25,014 bases of DNA, taken from a virus. Lineage: Duplodnaviria > Caudoviricetes. This document shows, piece by piece, positions 1-8,354 of this stretch. The position numbers and the translations under genes are program-made. Each line of letters begins with the position of its first letter. Position 1 is the stretch's first letter. Location of the stretch: positions 1 through 25,014 of IMG/VR virus record IMGVR_UViG_3300005805_000456; one strand, given 5' to 3'. Below the pieces are notes generated by a model. That model saw only the letters and a program-made list of their open reading frames with translations, ran no database searches and was not told the DNA's origin.

Positions 1-181
1 CACATAACGATTTTTAAAATTAGAAGATGCAGAAAATGCATTTGTCACAGGTCTCGTAGGTTGTATAGAACTGAGTGTTCCATACTTTTTGTCAATTCTA
101 AGCACATAACGATTTTTAAAATTAGAAGATGCAGAAAATGCATTTGTCACAGGTCTCGTAGGTTGTATAGAACTGAGTGTT
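1..181. repeat. Exact 79-bp direct repeat (1-79 = 103-181), period 102 bp = 34 codons
   Basis: cacataacgattttt...ctgagtgtt occurs at 1 and at 103; both copies encode TLSSIQPTRPVTNAFSASSNFKNRYV in frame. Confidence 0.95.
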
Positions 182-798
182 GATAATTTTGTATTAGGAA
201 TCACAAATCTACTTGGAATTGGAAATCCGTTACGGCTAAAATAATTTACAGATGTATTTACAGAATGTTGAGAATAAAGTAAACTATTTATATCAGTTGT
301 ACCTCGTGAGGTACTCTCAGGAAATACATTAAATGTTTCTACGATATTAGTCTTTCCGTCTTCGCTTTTAAATGATGTTTTTTCAGGATTCTGCTTAAAT
401 TCCACTCCATTTATTTCGACTGTTGGTTGTGGTGGTGCATCTTTTAGTTGACTTACGGATAAATTTTGCCCAACAACTAATACACCAGATGACATTTGCC
501 CACCAGTTAATCCACCACCAACCATCATATTTCCGGTTACATTAGAATTTCCAGCAAGAATTTGCGGTATTCTAGAATGAAACTCATCAGTCATTCTGTA
601 TCGTTGACCAGTAACTGGATCTTGGTGTATATGAATCCCACCACCACTAACTACAACTGGAAATGATTGTATCTCTGCAAGGTTTGGTGTGCTTTCATTT
701 ACAATAATTGGCAAAGCACTTGACATCGGTAAACCTTGAGCACCCATAGAACTAACGGTATTTGTTGTAGTCGTTCCTGTTGAATATCCATTTGCCAT
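1..798 (-). CDS. Hypothetical protein, probably virion-associated, 3'-truncated by the window edge; contains a 34-aa tandem repeat
   Basis: Not in the ORF track because it has no stop codon. Manual translation from ATG at 798 gives MANGYSTGTTTTNTVSSMGAQGLPMSS..., open to position 1. GGAG lies 9 nt upstream and the ATATTTAT motif is at 839-846. Confidence 0.8.
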   Translation of the reverse strand, partial: MANGYSTGTTTTNTVSSMGAQGLPMSSALPIIVNESTPNLAEIQSFPVVVSGGGIHIHQDPVTGQRYRMTDEFHSRIPQILAGNSNVTGNMMVGGGLTGGQMSSGVLVVGQNLSVSQLKDAPPQPTVEINGVEFKQNPEKTSFKSEDGKTNIVETFNVFPESTSRGTTDINSLLYSQHSVNTSVNYFSRNGFPIPSRFVIPNTKLSTLSSIQPTRPVTNAFSASSNFKNRYVLRIDKKYGTLSSIQPTRPVTNAFSASSNFKNRYV

Positions 799-838
799 TT
801 ATAAAAACTCCGTTTCATATATTACTTTTCATATACCT

Positions 839-846
839 ATAAATAT
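839..846 (-). promoter_or_regulatory. ATATTTAT motif, putative late promoter element
   Basis: Intergenic, just downstream of the capsid terminator and about 40 nt upstream of ATG 798; the same 8-mer recurs in other intergenic gaps. Confidence 0.6.
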
Positions 847-867
847 ACAAAATTTCGGTTTTCCATA

Positions 868-898
868 CAAAAGAAAAAGGGAGTGATTTCTCACTCCC
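868..898 (-). terminator. Rho-independent terminator after the major capsid gene
   Basis: Minus strand reads GGGAGTGA-GAAA-TCACTCCC followed by TTTTTCTTTT: 8-bp stem, GNRA loop, U-tract, about 30 nt past the MCP stop. Confidence 0.92.
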
Positions 899-929
899 CT
901 CTCCTAATTTACCTCTATCTTTCGATAGA

Positions 930-2573
930 TTATATGTCACCGAGAGAGTCGATCTGGATAAGACCGTAGAACTCTGGACGGACAATCTTCTTAGCGTAGC
1001 GAGTCATTACACCCTTACGTGGTGTGAAGTTTGTTGGATCATAGACCAACGGTGTCATCACGAGTGGGATGTAAGGAGCATATACCGCACCTGTTTCAAG
1101 GAACTGGCTACCGCGGAAACCAACAAGGATTTGGTTTTCAAGCATGTATGGGTTCTTGTAAACTGTGATGCGACCATTCAATTGACCAACCTTTTGAACA
1201 CCCATCGCGAACTTCATACCTTCACCGTCTACTGCGTAGCCAGGCATTGATTCGAGAAGTGTTGCAACTTGTGGTGAACAAACGAGGAAGTTAGCACCAC
1301 CGCGAAGTGTCTTCTGGTGGATTGCATTCGATACCTTCTGGATCTTAGTACCAAGTGTTTGGAACCATGTCTGTTGGTTGAATGCAGATGCTGCTGCTTG
1401 GTTTGTTGAGTAGTCTGTGAATGTTGATGTAGCTGCATCGTATGTACGACCGATACGTGCTGACCATCTTTCTGTTGTCTGAGCGTTCTTGATAAGCATA
1501 TCAAGGATTTCGAGATCAATTTCTTGTGAGATGTACTCAGAAAGCATTGATGTCAATTCTGCTTCAGCGTCGATTGAGTGGTAAGCGTTCAAGTCTTGTG
1601 CGAATTCAGGAGTCCAAACTGCCTTCAACTTGCGTGTCTTAGCAACGATTGACTCTGAGCGAAGCTCAAGATTGATTTCTGGAATACCAAGATCTGCACC
1701 TGTTACTGGATCTTCGAAGTCACCACGAGTTGTTGCTGTTGGTTGCTTCTGATATGTAACAACTGCGTTTACAGGAACTGCTGATGCAGAAACAACGAAT
1801 GTGATTTGTGTGTTTGTTGCATTTGCTGTTGTGTACTGTGGGAAGTAATCAAGAATCTTTGAACCAGAAATCTTAAATGCACGGATTCCTTCTGGATCAT
1901 GGTTTGTCATTGATGCAGATGAAACTGTAACTGTGAAGATACTACCAGCTGCAAGAGAAGCTGAGTAAGCATTTTGGAATTCTGTATCAAATTGGTAAAC
2001 AGATGGTGTGCTGTGTGAAACAGAACCAGTAGCTGCGTTACCATCGTTGATTGTTGATACTGTGATTGTCTGAGCTGCTGTTGCAGCTTCGTTGATTGAG
2101 TAACCAAAACGACCTGCGCCATAAAGACCGCCTGATGGGTCTGCATTCTTAGCGTCCTTACCAGTTACACCGAATACAGAGTCAGCTTGTGAGTCCTTAC
2201 CAGCAGATGATGTGAATCCAGGTTGTGCTGTTCCGTACTTGAAGTCAAGGAAGAACACGAGACCTGAAGGAAGGTTCATCGGTTGAACTGAAACGAAATC
2301 CTTTGCTGCGATTTCCGAGAAAATACGGCGAACAAGTGGAAGTGCAACACCAGCCCATTCTTCTGAACCAGCTTGTGTACCTGTGCGTGATGACTCTTCA
2401 ATGAGTTGCTTTGCTTGATTTTCGAGAAGAACTGCAATTGAGTTCTTTTCGTAGTCTGTTTTGATACCGTCAAGAAGTCCTGTCTTTTCCCACTTCTTAA
2501 CTGTACCACGGTTTTCTTCAATAAGCTTCTTATGCATATTGTTAGAAGAACCAAGTAATGATTGCATATTCAT
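930..2573 (-). CDS. gp23: Major capsid protein, T4 gp23-like
   Basis: Motifs KWEKTGLL, LLENQ, LPLVRR, SVQPMNLPSGLVF, AKTRKLKAVWTPEFAQDLNAYHSIDAEAEL, YAPYIPL, FTPRKGVMTRYA. Likely start is ATG 2573 (MNMQ) with GGAG upstream, rather than TTG 2588. Confidence 0.96.
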   Translation of the reverse strand: MNMQSLLGSSNNMHKKLIEENRGTVKKWEKTGLLDGIKTDYEKNSIAVLLENQAKQLIEESSRTGTQAGSEEWAGVALPLVRRIFSEIAAKDFVSVQPMNLPSGLVFFLDFKYGTAQPGFTSSAGKDSQADSVFGVTGKDAKNADPSGGLYGAGRFGYSINEAATAAQTITVSTINDGNAATGSVSHSTPSVYQFDTEFQNAYSASLAAGSIFTVTVSSASMTNHDPEGIRAFKISGSKILDYFPQYTTANATNTQITFVVSASAVPVNAVVTYQKQPTATTRGDFEDPVTGADLGIPEINLELRSESIVAKTRKLKAVWTPEFAQDLNAYHSIDAEAELTSMLSEYISQEIDLEILDMLIKNAQTTERWSARIGRTYDAATSTFTDYSTNQAAASAFNQQTWFQTLGTKIQKVSNAIHQKTLRGGANFLVCSPQVATLLESMPGYAVDGEGMKFAMGVQKVGQLNGRITVYKNPYMLENQILVGFRGSQFLETGAVYAPYIPLVMTPLVYDPTNFTPRKGVMTRYAKKIVRPEFYGLIQIDSLGDI

Positions 2574-2597
2574 ACTATCTATCTCCAATAAAATTTG

Positions 2598-3626
2598 TTA
2601 CTTTAAACCTGCTAATTTTCTTAATCTATCTGCCATCTGTGTGCTTTCCGAGAGGATTGCCTTTGATGGACGTGTGCTAGCGACTGGCTTACTTGCAAAT
2701 GACTCCTTAAGTTGCTTAACCTTTGTGTTCTTAAGCGACTCCGCGAGTGTTGCATAAATGAGTTTCACTTCACGTAATGTCTTTGCGCGATCAAAGTTCT
2801 CGATAACAGTAATCTTCTGTGACTCTGTGAGAGAATGTGCACGGAAGAGCTTGTTTGAGAAGAGCAACTTAGAGTTAAGAAGATTGACTTCGTTAAGCTT
2901 TTCACGGAGGAATTGGATAACTGCATATGCTTCGCGGAGCTTAGATTCTGCCATTTCCTTTTCTTCTTCCTCTTCACCTTCTTCAACCTTTTCTTCTTCC
3001 TCTTCTTCACGAAGTGCACGAAGAATTTCTTGGATGTCAACTTCGTCTTCATCCTTTTCTTCTGCTTCCTTCACTTCTTCTTCTTCGTCTTCTTCTTTAA
3101 CCAACTGAACAAGCTTTTCTTTCTTCTGTTCTGTGTGGTCATCTGAAGCTGACTTTGAAGGTTGTTTGTTGTCACCTGTTCCGATTTCCGATGAATCAAG
3201 TTCTTCTTCGAGTTGACGGATGATTTCCATAAGGTCTTCATCAATCTCTTCTTCATCTTCACCTTCTTCGACTGGTGCTTCTTCATCTTCTTCATGGATT
3301 TCGTCACCTGGCTCTTCCATAGAATCTTCAGCTTCTTCCATAGAATCTTCATCGTAAGCTTCCATAGGAAGTTCTTCTTCTGAATCCATGCCTTCGCCTT
3401 CTTCCATATCATGAGCCATTTCGTCTTCACCTTCTTCCATGTGCTCTTCTTCATCTTCACCTTCTGTCATTTCTTCATCTTCTTCTGCTTCTTCTGAAAG
3501 CTTTGAAGCGAGCATTGACTGTAAGCGTGGAGTGAAAGCTTCTTCGAGAGCAAGCTTAGCATTGGCAAGTGCGACTTCACGTACTGCCTTTGCATCTGCG
3601 ATTGCTTCTTTCAATAAATCTGTCAT
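2598..3626 (-). CDS. Prohead core scaffolding protein (gp22-like)
   Basis: Very acidic E/D-rich coiled-coil protein (MTDLLKEAIADAKAVR...LNEVNLLNSKLLF...RLRKLAGLK) immediately upstream of the MCP; start ATG 3626 after TTGGAG. Confidence 0.85.
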   Translation of the reverse strand: MTDLLKEAIADAKAVREVALANAKLALEEAFTPRLQSMLASKLSEEAEEDEEMTEGEDEEEHMEEGEDEMAHDMEEGEGMDSEEELPMEAYDEDSMEEAEDSMEEPGDEIHEEDEEAPVEEGEDEEEIDEDLMEIIRQLEEELDSSEIGTGDNKQPSKSASDDHTEQKKEKLVQLVKEEDEEEEVKEAEEKDEDEVDIQEILRALREEEEEEKVEEGEEEEEKEMAESKLREAYAVIQFLREKLNEVNLLNSKLLFSNKLFRAHSLTESQKITVIENFDRAKTLREVKLIYATLAESLKNTKVKQLKESFASKPVASTRPSKAILSESTQMADRLRKLAGLK

Positions 3627-3722
3627 AAAAATCTCCAACTGATTTTAGGGTTATTAGGAACTCTAATCATACATAAATGTGAATGAACTCTATATGGGAT
3701 AGAGTATTATACAGATAAATAT
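3627..3722 (-). promoter_or_regulatory. Leader of the scaffold/MCP operon: ATATTTAT motif (3715-3722), two short hairpins, SD GGAG (3633-3636)
   Basis: Long non-coding gap. Contains inverted repeats ACTCTAT/ATAGAGT (3687-3705) and imperfect TTAGAGTT-CCTAAT-AACCCTAA. Confidence 0.55.
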
Positions 3723-3733
3723 AGGTCAACGAA

Positions 3734-3916
3734 TTATTTATTCGATTTTTTTGATGTTGGGATGAGTTTTTTTAACAAAATATTCTCATTTTGTTCTTCT
3801 GAATTGAAAACACCACCAGTTTTTCCCAATTTGAATATGTGGTTGACATCTTCTTCTGAGTAGATGAATCTATCAACTCTTTTCGGTGATTTTTCTTCTT
3901 TGTTATTTTCAGGCAT
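3734..3916 (-). CDS. Small 60-aa protein translationally coupled to the ART gene; candidate inhibitor/partner
   Basis: Its ATG overlaps the ART stop (ATGCCTGA) and it fills the gap to the next promoter motif; central DRFIYSEEDV segment. Confidence 0.6.
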   Translation of the reverse strand: MPENNKEEKSPKRVDRFIYSEEDVNHIFKLGKTGGVFNSEEQNENILLKKLIPTSKKSNK

Positions 3917-5048
3917 TTGGCATCTCTACGGATACTTTGTAAATGTTCTTTTCTTTATCATGTCCTTCTATCTTAAAACGGCAACCTCGTGGTAATGTTA
4001 TCTCAGACTCGATACAAAACTCATCTTCCGAACAAGGTAATGTCAATACTTTAGAACCACGTTTTAGTTTTATTTCAAATATTGGAGCCATTCCACGGGT
4101 TTGAAGATTCTTAGAATAGAAGTCTTCGGCAATAATTGGGTTTAGTGATGTAGACACAAATCCATTATCAATCCATTCGCCCGATTCTACAAACTTCTGT
4201 AAAACTTTATCTTGAATACCACGATAAACAACTGTGTCATTTTGTAATACGGCACCCGGTGATTTGAAATGTTCATCCATCAATAAAATGTTATACATCT
4301 TATACTTTGTTGGGATTGAAGTTTTTGCATCAGGTGTTGATTTGATTACGTTCTCTAATTCATCTTTTGACCAAGAGATTTTATTACCTTCTCGTAAAAA
4401 CGAATTTATAGACAAAGAATCATTATGGTAATACTTTGCAGCTTTTATGACGTTATCATCGTTCGTAAAATTAGAAAGTGCAGCTAACTTTGCAATCGCA
4501 ATACCCTGCATACGTTTTGCAGTCTTTCTAATCGCAACAACAGTTTGTTTTGCACCTTCTTTATCATCAGAATCAGTTTGTGATGATAACTGATCTAACA
4601 AATTATCATACTCTCTGAAAAACGAAGTAAACTCAAATTTCAGAAGTTTTTCTTTTAATTCTGGTCGAAGACTTTTCGCATCGGTTGCAATTTCTTCCTT
4701 TTCTTTTTCATCCACAAAAACAAAAGAACCCAACTTCTTTTCCAACTTTTCAGAAGGAGAAAGTTTCTTAGGTTCTTCTTTTGATTTTTCCTTACCAGAA
4801 TCATCCTTCTTTTCTTTTGAAGGTTCTCCATCAGATGATTTTGAAACAGGTTTTTCACCCTTTGGTTCTTCGGGTTTTTCTGTTTTCTTTTCTTTTGGTT
4901 CTGGTTTTGTATGTAGAGACGGATCGAAATTTGCTTTGTTAATATAGTACGACTTACCACTCTTTTTACTGACAACTAACATTTTGTCAGGGTTTTCAGA
5001 GTCACTCTTTTCTGGTTGTTCAAGTAGTATGTTTTTTAGTCGTATCAT
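3909..5048 (-). CDS. ADP-ribosyltransferase, VIP2/C3/Alt-like (R-S-E clade), with N-terminal putative capsid-targeting peptide
   Basis: INSFLR helix, VVYRG (catalytic R), GFVSTS (STS motif), ESEITLPRG (ExE). N-terminus MIRLKNILLE is followed by a K/E/P low-complexity linker. Confidence 0.88.
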   Translation of the reverse strand: MIRLKNILLEQPEKSDSENPDKMLVVSKKSGKSYYINKANFDPSLHTKPEPKEKKTEKPEEPKGEKPVSKSSDGEPSKEKKDDSGKEKSKEEPKKLSPSEKLEKKLGSFVFVDEKEKEEIATDAKSLRPELKEKLLKFEFTSFFREYDNLLDQLSSQTDSDDKEGAKQTVVAIRKTAKRMQGIAIAKLAALSNFTNDDNVIKAAKYYHNDSLSINSFLREGNKISWSKDELENVIKSTPDAKTSIPTKYKMYNILLMDEHFKSPGAVLQNDTVVYRGIQDKVLQKFVESGEWIDNGFVSTSLNPIIAEDFYSKNLQTRGMAPIFEIKLKRGSKVLTLPCSEDEFCIESEITLPRGCRFKIEGHDKEKNIYKVSVEMPNA

Positions 5049-5062
5049 ATTAACCGAGTTAG

Positions 5063-5293
5063 TTATTCTTGTTCTCGGTCAAGCTTTCTTTGTCTCTTCC
5101 GAGAGGCGTTTCGTTTATCTTTCTTTTTTTCAGAAGGTTTGATGTACTCTGACTTCATCTTATATTCTTCAAGAATACCGCTTTCCTTCACTTTTCTTTT
5201 GAATATCTTTAACATAAGGTCGATATTCATTCCATTTCCTTTTACCTTGACGTGTGCTGTCTTTGGTCTGTTGCTGTAAACATTGTCTGACAT
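5063..5293 (-). CDS. rpsU: Phage-encoded 30S ribosomal protein bS21
   Basis: VKV...NIDLMLKIFKRKVKESGILEEYKMKSEYIKPSEKKKDKR matches the S21 pattern (LKxFKRK..xG.l......Y.KPS); 76 aa, basic. Confidence 0.9.
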   Translation of the reverse strand: MSDNVYSNRPKTAHVKVKGNGMNIDLMLKIFKRKVKESGILEEYKMKSEYIKPSEKKKDKRNASRKRQRKLDREQE

Positions 5294-5306
5294 AACTGTT
5301 TCTTTC

Positions 5307-5939
5307 TTATTGTTTATCTTTTTCTTTTATTTCGTAGTACTTACCGAGTGTTTGTCCCATATCTTCGTATGTACTTTCCAATCTTTGTTGTAACTTAATC
5401 ATCTCGGCTGTTGTTTTTTCAAAAATCTTCATAGATTCTTTAAGCTTCTTTGAATGTCTTCCAAGTGTAACTGTATCAAACCAATCACCAGATTGTTCTG
5501 TGATGTGCTTTGAAGCAAACTCAACGACCTTCTTGATATTCTTGTAAGCTTCTTTAAGATTGTTACCACGATAAATCGCATCACCGTATTCGTTGAATCT
5601 TGAAACTGACTCAATAAATTGCTTCTTTTGTTCTGGTGTAAGAAGTGGTTCTTCTTCTGTCTTTGGGTTTACCTTTTCAACAGCTTCATTTGGTGTCATA
5701 ACTTCTTTAACACTCTTCTTTATGATACTCTTTAATTCAGAAACTGGAATCTTTACTGATTCTACTTTCTTTGGAAGACCTTTATGTTTTGTCCCAGCAT
5801 ACTTTTCAAGTTCTTTTTCAGACATAGAATCAGCTACTTGTTTTACGTTCTTACTTACTTTTGAAGCAGGAACTTCCCCACGTTTGTAGGCAAGAACAAG
5901 TCCCATAAATTTCTGTTGCTTTTGACTTAATGCCGGCAT
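5307..5939 (-). CDS. Hypothetical head-region protein with N-terminal DUF3008-like domain
   Basis: MPALSQKQQKFMGLVLAYKRGE...SMSEKELEKYAGTKHKGLP resembles DUF3008 as I recall it; helical C-terminal domain; GGGAG upstream. Confidence 0.7.
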   Translation of the reverse strand: MPALSQKQQKFMGLVLAYKRGEVPASKVSKNVKQVADSMSEKELEKYAGTKHKGLPKKVESVKIPVSELKSIIKKSVKEVMTPNEAVEKVNPKTEEEPLLTPEQKKQFIESVSRFNEYGDAIYRGNNLKEAYKNIKKVVEFASKHITEQSGDWFDTVTLGRHSKKLKESMKIFEKTTAEMIKLQQRLESTYEDMGQTLGKYYEIKEKDKQ

Positions 5940-5942
5940 TTT

Positions 5943-6614
5943 TTATCTCCCTTCAAATAAACATTCACACACGTCACCAATTTCACAAATGATTCTGGTG
6001 ATGTTTTCATGAATACGTTGTGTTTTTGAATCCACTTTCTTAACTGATCTCTTATTAACACCTTCTTTGATTAAACCTTCACCAACAACTTCACCACCAC
6101 CAGCAGGGTACATAAATGCACCGTGTGTGGAAGGATTTGATACAAAGTCCCAACCAATTAATTCAAAGTCATCTTGAACTTCAACAGTGTTTTCATTTAT
6201 TTCTTTAACCGAACCAAGTCCTCTTGATGATATACCAAGACGAATTCCTGCACCAAGAAGTTCTTTCAAAATATTACCAGATGGTGTTGGGAGAATCTCA
6301 ACTTTACCAACTAAATCGTTACCATTCCACTTAACTTCTAATACGTTGTGTGAAACGTTACGGAGGTTAATTACAGAAGAGTCTGGATGATCTAATTCAC
6401 CAAGAGCTCTGTTTTCCTTAATTTGATTATCTTGATACTTCTTTACTTCACGTACAAGGATTTCTTTTGGATAAACACGACCATTTTGATTTTTTGCCTC
6501 TGCACGTTGAAGGACACCCGAAACAATAACTTTACCATTATTCTGCATCTTTGACTCGTTCATTTGTTTTGGAGTCACACTGAAAAGCATTGTATCTACA
6601 AGTAATTGTTTCAT
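5943..6614 (-). CDS. gp21: Prohead protease, T4 gp21-like
   Basis: NQNGRVYP, ALGELDHP, NVSH, LGISSRGLGS (catalytic Ser), WDFVSNPS. Start ATG 6614 (MKQLLVD) lies just after the upstream stop. Confidence 0.94.
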   Translation of the reverse strand: MKQLLVDTMLFSVTPKQMNESKMQNNGKVIVSGVLQRAEAKNQNGRVYPKEILVREVKKYQDNQIKENRALGELDHPDSSVINLRNVSHNVLEVKWNGNDLVGKVEILPTPSGNILKELLGAGIRLGISSRGLGSVKEINENTVEVQDDFELIGWDFVSNPSTHGAFMYPAGGGEVVGEGLIKEGVNKRSVKKVDSKTQRIHENITRIICEIGDVCECLFEGR

Positions 6615-6615
6615 T

Positions 6616-7152
6616 TTAAGCACCCAACTCATTAATTCGTTTTGAAATACGGTTCAATCTCTCACCAATCTTGTGTAACCTTTTATGTGAAGAAGACCAA
6701 AGAGTTCTTTGATCTACACCCATTTCTGTTTTTAGACGAGTAGCATGGCTAACTACTCTCTCAATTTCATAAATGGCACGGTTAAGTTCTTTGATTGATT
6801 GGTTTATCTTTTGATTTGTTGTTCTTGTTTCGTCTGTTCTATATGACTTGTAAGTCGCTTCGTGTAATGCAGACATTGCTTGTTTGTATAATGACTCTTG
6901 TTGAGCATACTGTTTGTATGTAATAGAATGCTTTCTTTTTTGTTTAGGAGCCATCTTGTAACCAAACTGCTCTGCATTATCTTTTGTTTGAGCATCAAAC
7001 TTTTCTTTAGCTTCACCAGATTCAGGTGAGAAAGCTTTTGGTGTTTGGTAACCATCAACACCACCAGTTGTACTTGTCTCATGCATCTCATCTTTGAAAC
7101 TCTTAAAAGCTTCTGATTCTTTAAGTTTCCGTATAAATGATTCTACGTTCAT
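6616..7152 (-). CDS. Hypothetical protein, likely prohead core/internal
   Basis: 178-aa ORF between portal and protease genes, 1-nt gaps on both sides; several LxE sites. Confidence 0.75.
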   Translation of the reverse strand: MNVESFIRKLKESEAFKSFKDEMHETSTTGGVDGYQTPKAFSPESGEAKEKFDAQTKDNAEQFGYKMAPKQKRKHSITYKQYAQQESLYKQAMSALHEATYKSYRTDETRTTNQKINQSIKELNRAIYEIERVVSHATRLKTEMGVDQRTLWSSSHKRLHKIGERLNRISKRINELGA

Positions 7153-7153
7153 A

Positions 7154-7465
7154 TTATCTTATAGTCTGGTTACGAATTAATACATAAACTGTTCCACTAT
7201 CTACCTTTACGCTAGATAATGATAATTCATATATACGAGCACCGCCGGCTGCAAGAACACTAAGTGGTATTACACCACCGAGTGAAAGAGATGCCGTTCC
7301 AGTTGTACCAGATGGAACAATTATACCACCAACTCCGAAGTTTGAAGAAGTAAAAACAGTTGTTCCACTTCCACAACTAATTGATTGATGAAATCTACCA
7401 GGATGACCTAATCTTTCAAAGTCATTTAGTTGTGATACTGGATAATCGTATGGTTGTATTGGCAT
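7154..7465 (-). CDS. Hypothetical small beta-rich protein
   Basis: 103-aa G/S/T/V-rich ORF with GGAG SD; start overlaps the upstream stop (TAATG). Confidence 0.7.
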   Translation of the reverse strand: MPIQPYDYPVSQLNDFERLGHPGRFHQSISCGSGTTVFTSSNFGVGGIIVPSGTTGTASLSLGGVIPLSVLAAGGARIYELSLSSVKVDSGTVYVLIRNQTIR

Positions 7466-8307
7466 TATTTAACTCCGTCTAAATCATTTATCAAATCGTA
7501 GTAACGAAGTAAAGCTGTAACATGACTTTCTTCTACGTTTTTCATACTCTTATATTGGTCTAAAAGTCCCACAACTTCGTTTAGTTTAATTTTAAGTGTC
7601 TTATCTTTTACATTCTTTATTCTTGATTCCAAAAGTTTCTTTATGTCTTGTGATTCTTTTTGAATGAATGTCTTCAAGTTATTCGTTGTACTTACATTTT
7701 GAATGTATTCACGAAGTAAGTTCTTTTGGTTTGAAGAAAGATTTTCATACTTTGTATTGAATTTTTCAACAAGAATCTTATATGACATAAGACGAATTTC
7801 TTTTGGCTCTTCTGACAAATCAATCGATCCTTCATTTAATCTAGAACGATTTTCTGATGTCATGTTCTCGATAATTGTTATTTTTGAACGGGTAATTTCA
7901 GTAGGACTATCGAGTTCTGTGTATTCAAGTATCTTATAGATAGATGCCAAAAGTTTATAGTTCTGTACTTTTGTTTGGAAGAATGAATCGAGTTCGAAGT
8001 TTTCTTTGATTGTCTTTATAAGTTCATATTTTTCTTCACTCAACTTTTTCTTGTTTATACCCTTCTTAGCACGAATGACGGCATCAACCAACATACCTGC
8101 TTTTCCGTCAGATGAAAATCTTTCTTCCGATAAAGTCTTGTAAAGGGCATACTCCTTATTCAGTTCTGTATTCTTACTAAAGAACTTTTTAAGGATTACC
8201 GTTGCCACAGATTCGTTTGCGGATATGATGTCCGATGTTATTTGGCGAACTAAAAGCTCAAATAACATACCTGTGTTTTTAAATTTTGAGTGTTTTATTT
8301 TCTTCAT
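7465..8307 (-). CDS. Hypothetical helical protein downstream of portal (possible prohead core component)
   Basis: 280-aa ORF MKKIKHSKFKNTGMLFELLVRQIT; ATATTTAT motif 31 nt upstream. Function is inferred from position only. Confidence 0.75.
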   Translation of the reverse strand: MKKIKHSKFKNTGMLFELLVRQITSDIISANESVATVILKKFFSKNTELNKEYALYKTLSEERFSSDGKAGMLVDAVIRAKKGINKKKLSEEKYELIKTIKENFELDSFFQTKVQNYKLLASIYKILEYTELDSPTEITRSKITIIENMTSENRSRLNEGSIDLSEEPKEIRLMSYKILVEKFNTKYENLSSNQKNLLREYIQNVSTTNNLKTFIQKESQDIKKLLESRIKNVKDKTLKIKLNEVVGLLDQYKSMKNVEESHVTALLRYYDLINDLDGVK

Positions 8308-8338
8308 ATTGTTTACCCGTTAATTCTCCATTCATAAG

Positions 8339-8346
8339 ATAAATAT
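8339..8346 (-). promoter_or_regulatory. ATATTTAT motif, putative late promoter element
   Basis: In the 47-nt gap between portal and the next gene. Confidence 0.6.
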
Positions 8347-8354
8347 GGTCTAAC

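Noticed and set aside
1-181. CRISPR-like repeat-spacer-repeat
   Set aside because: The repeat is 79 bp, has two copies, its period is a multiple of 3 and it lies inside an open reading frame.
2461-3642. Plus-strand Ser/Phe-rich ORFs and alternative-frame Lys/Met-rich ORFs
   Set aside because: Shadows of the GAA-rich scaffold and capsid genes.
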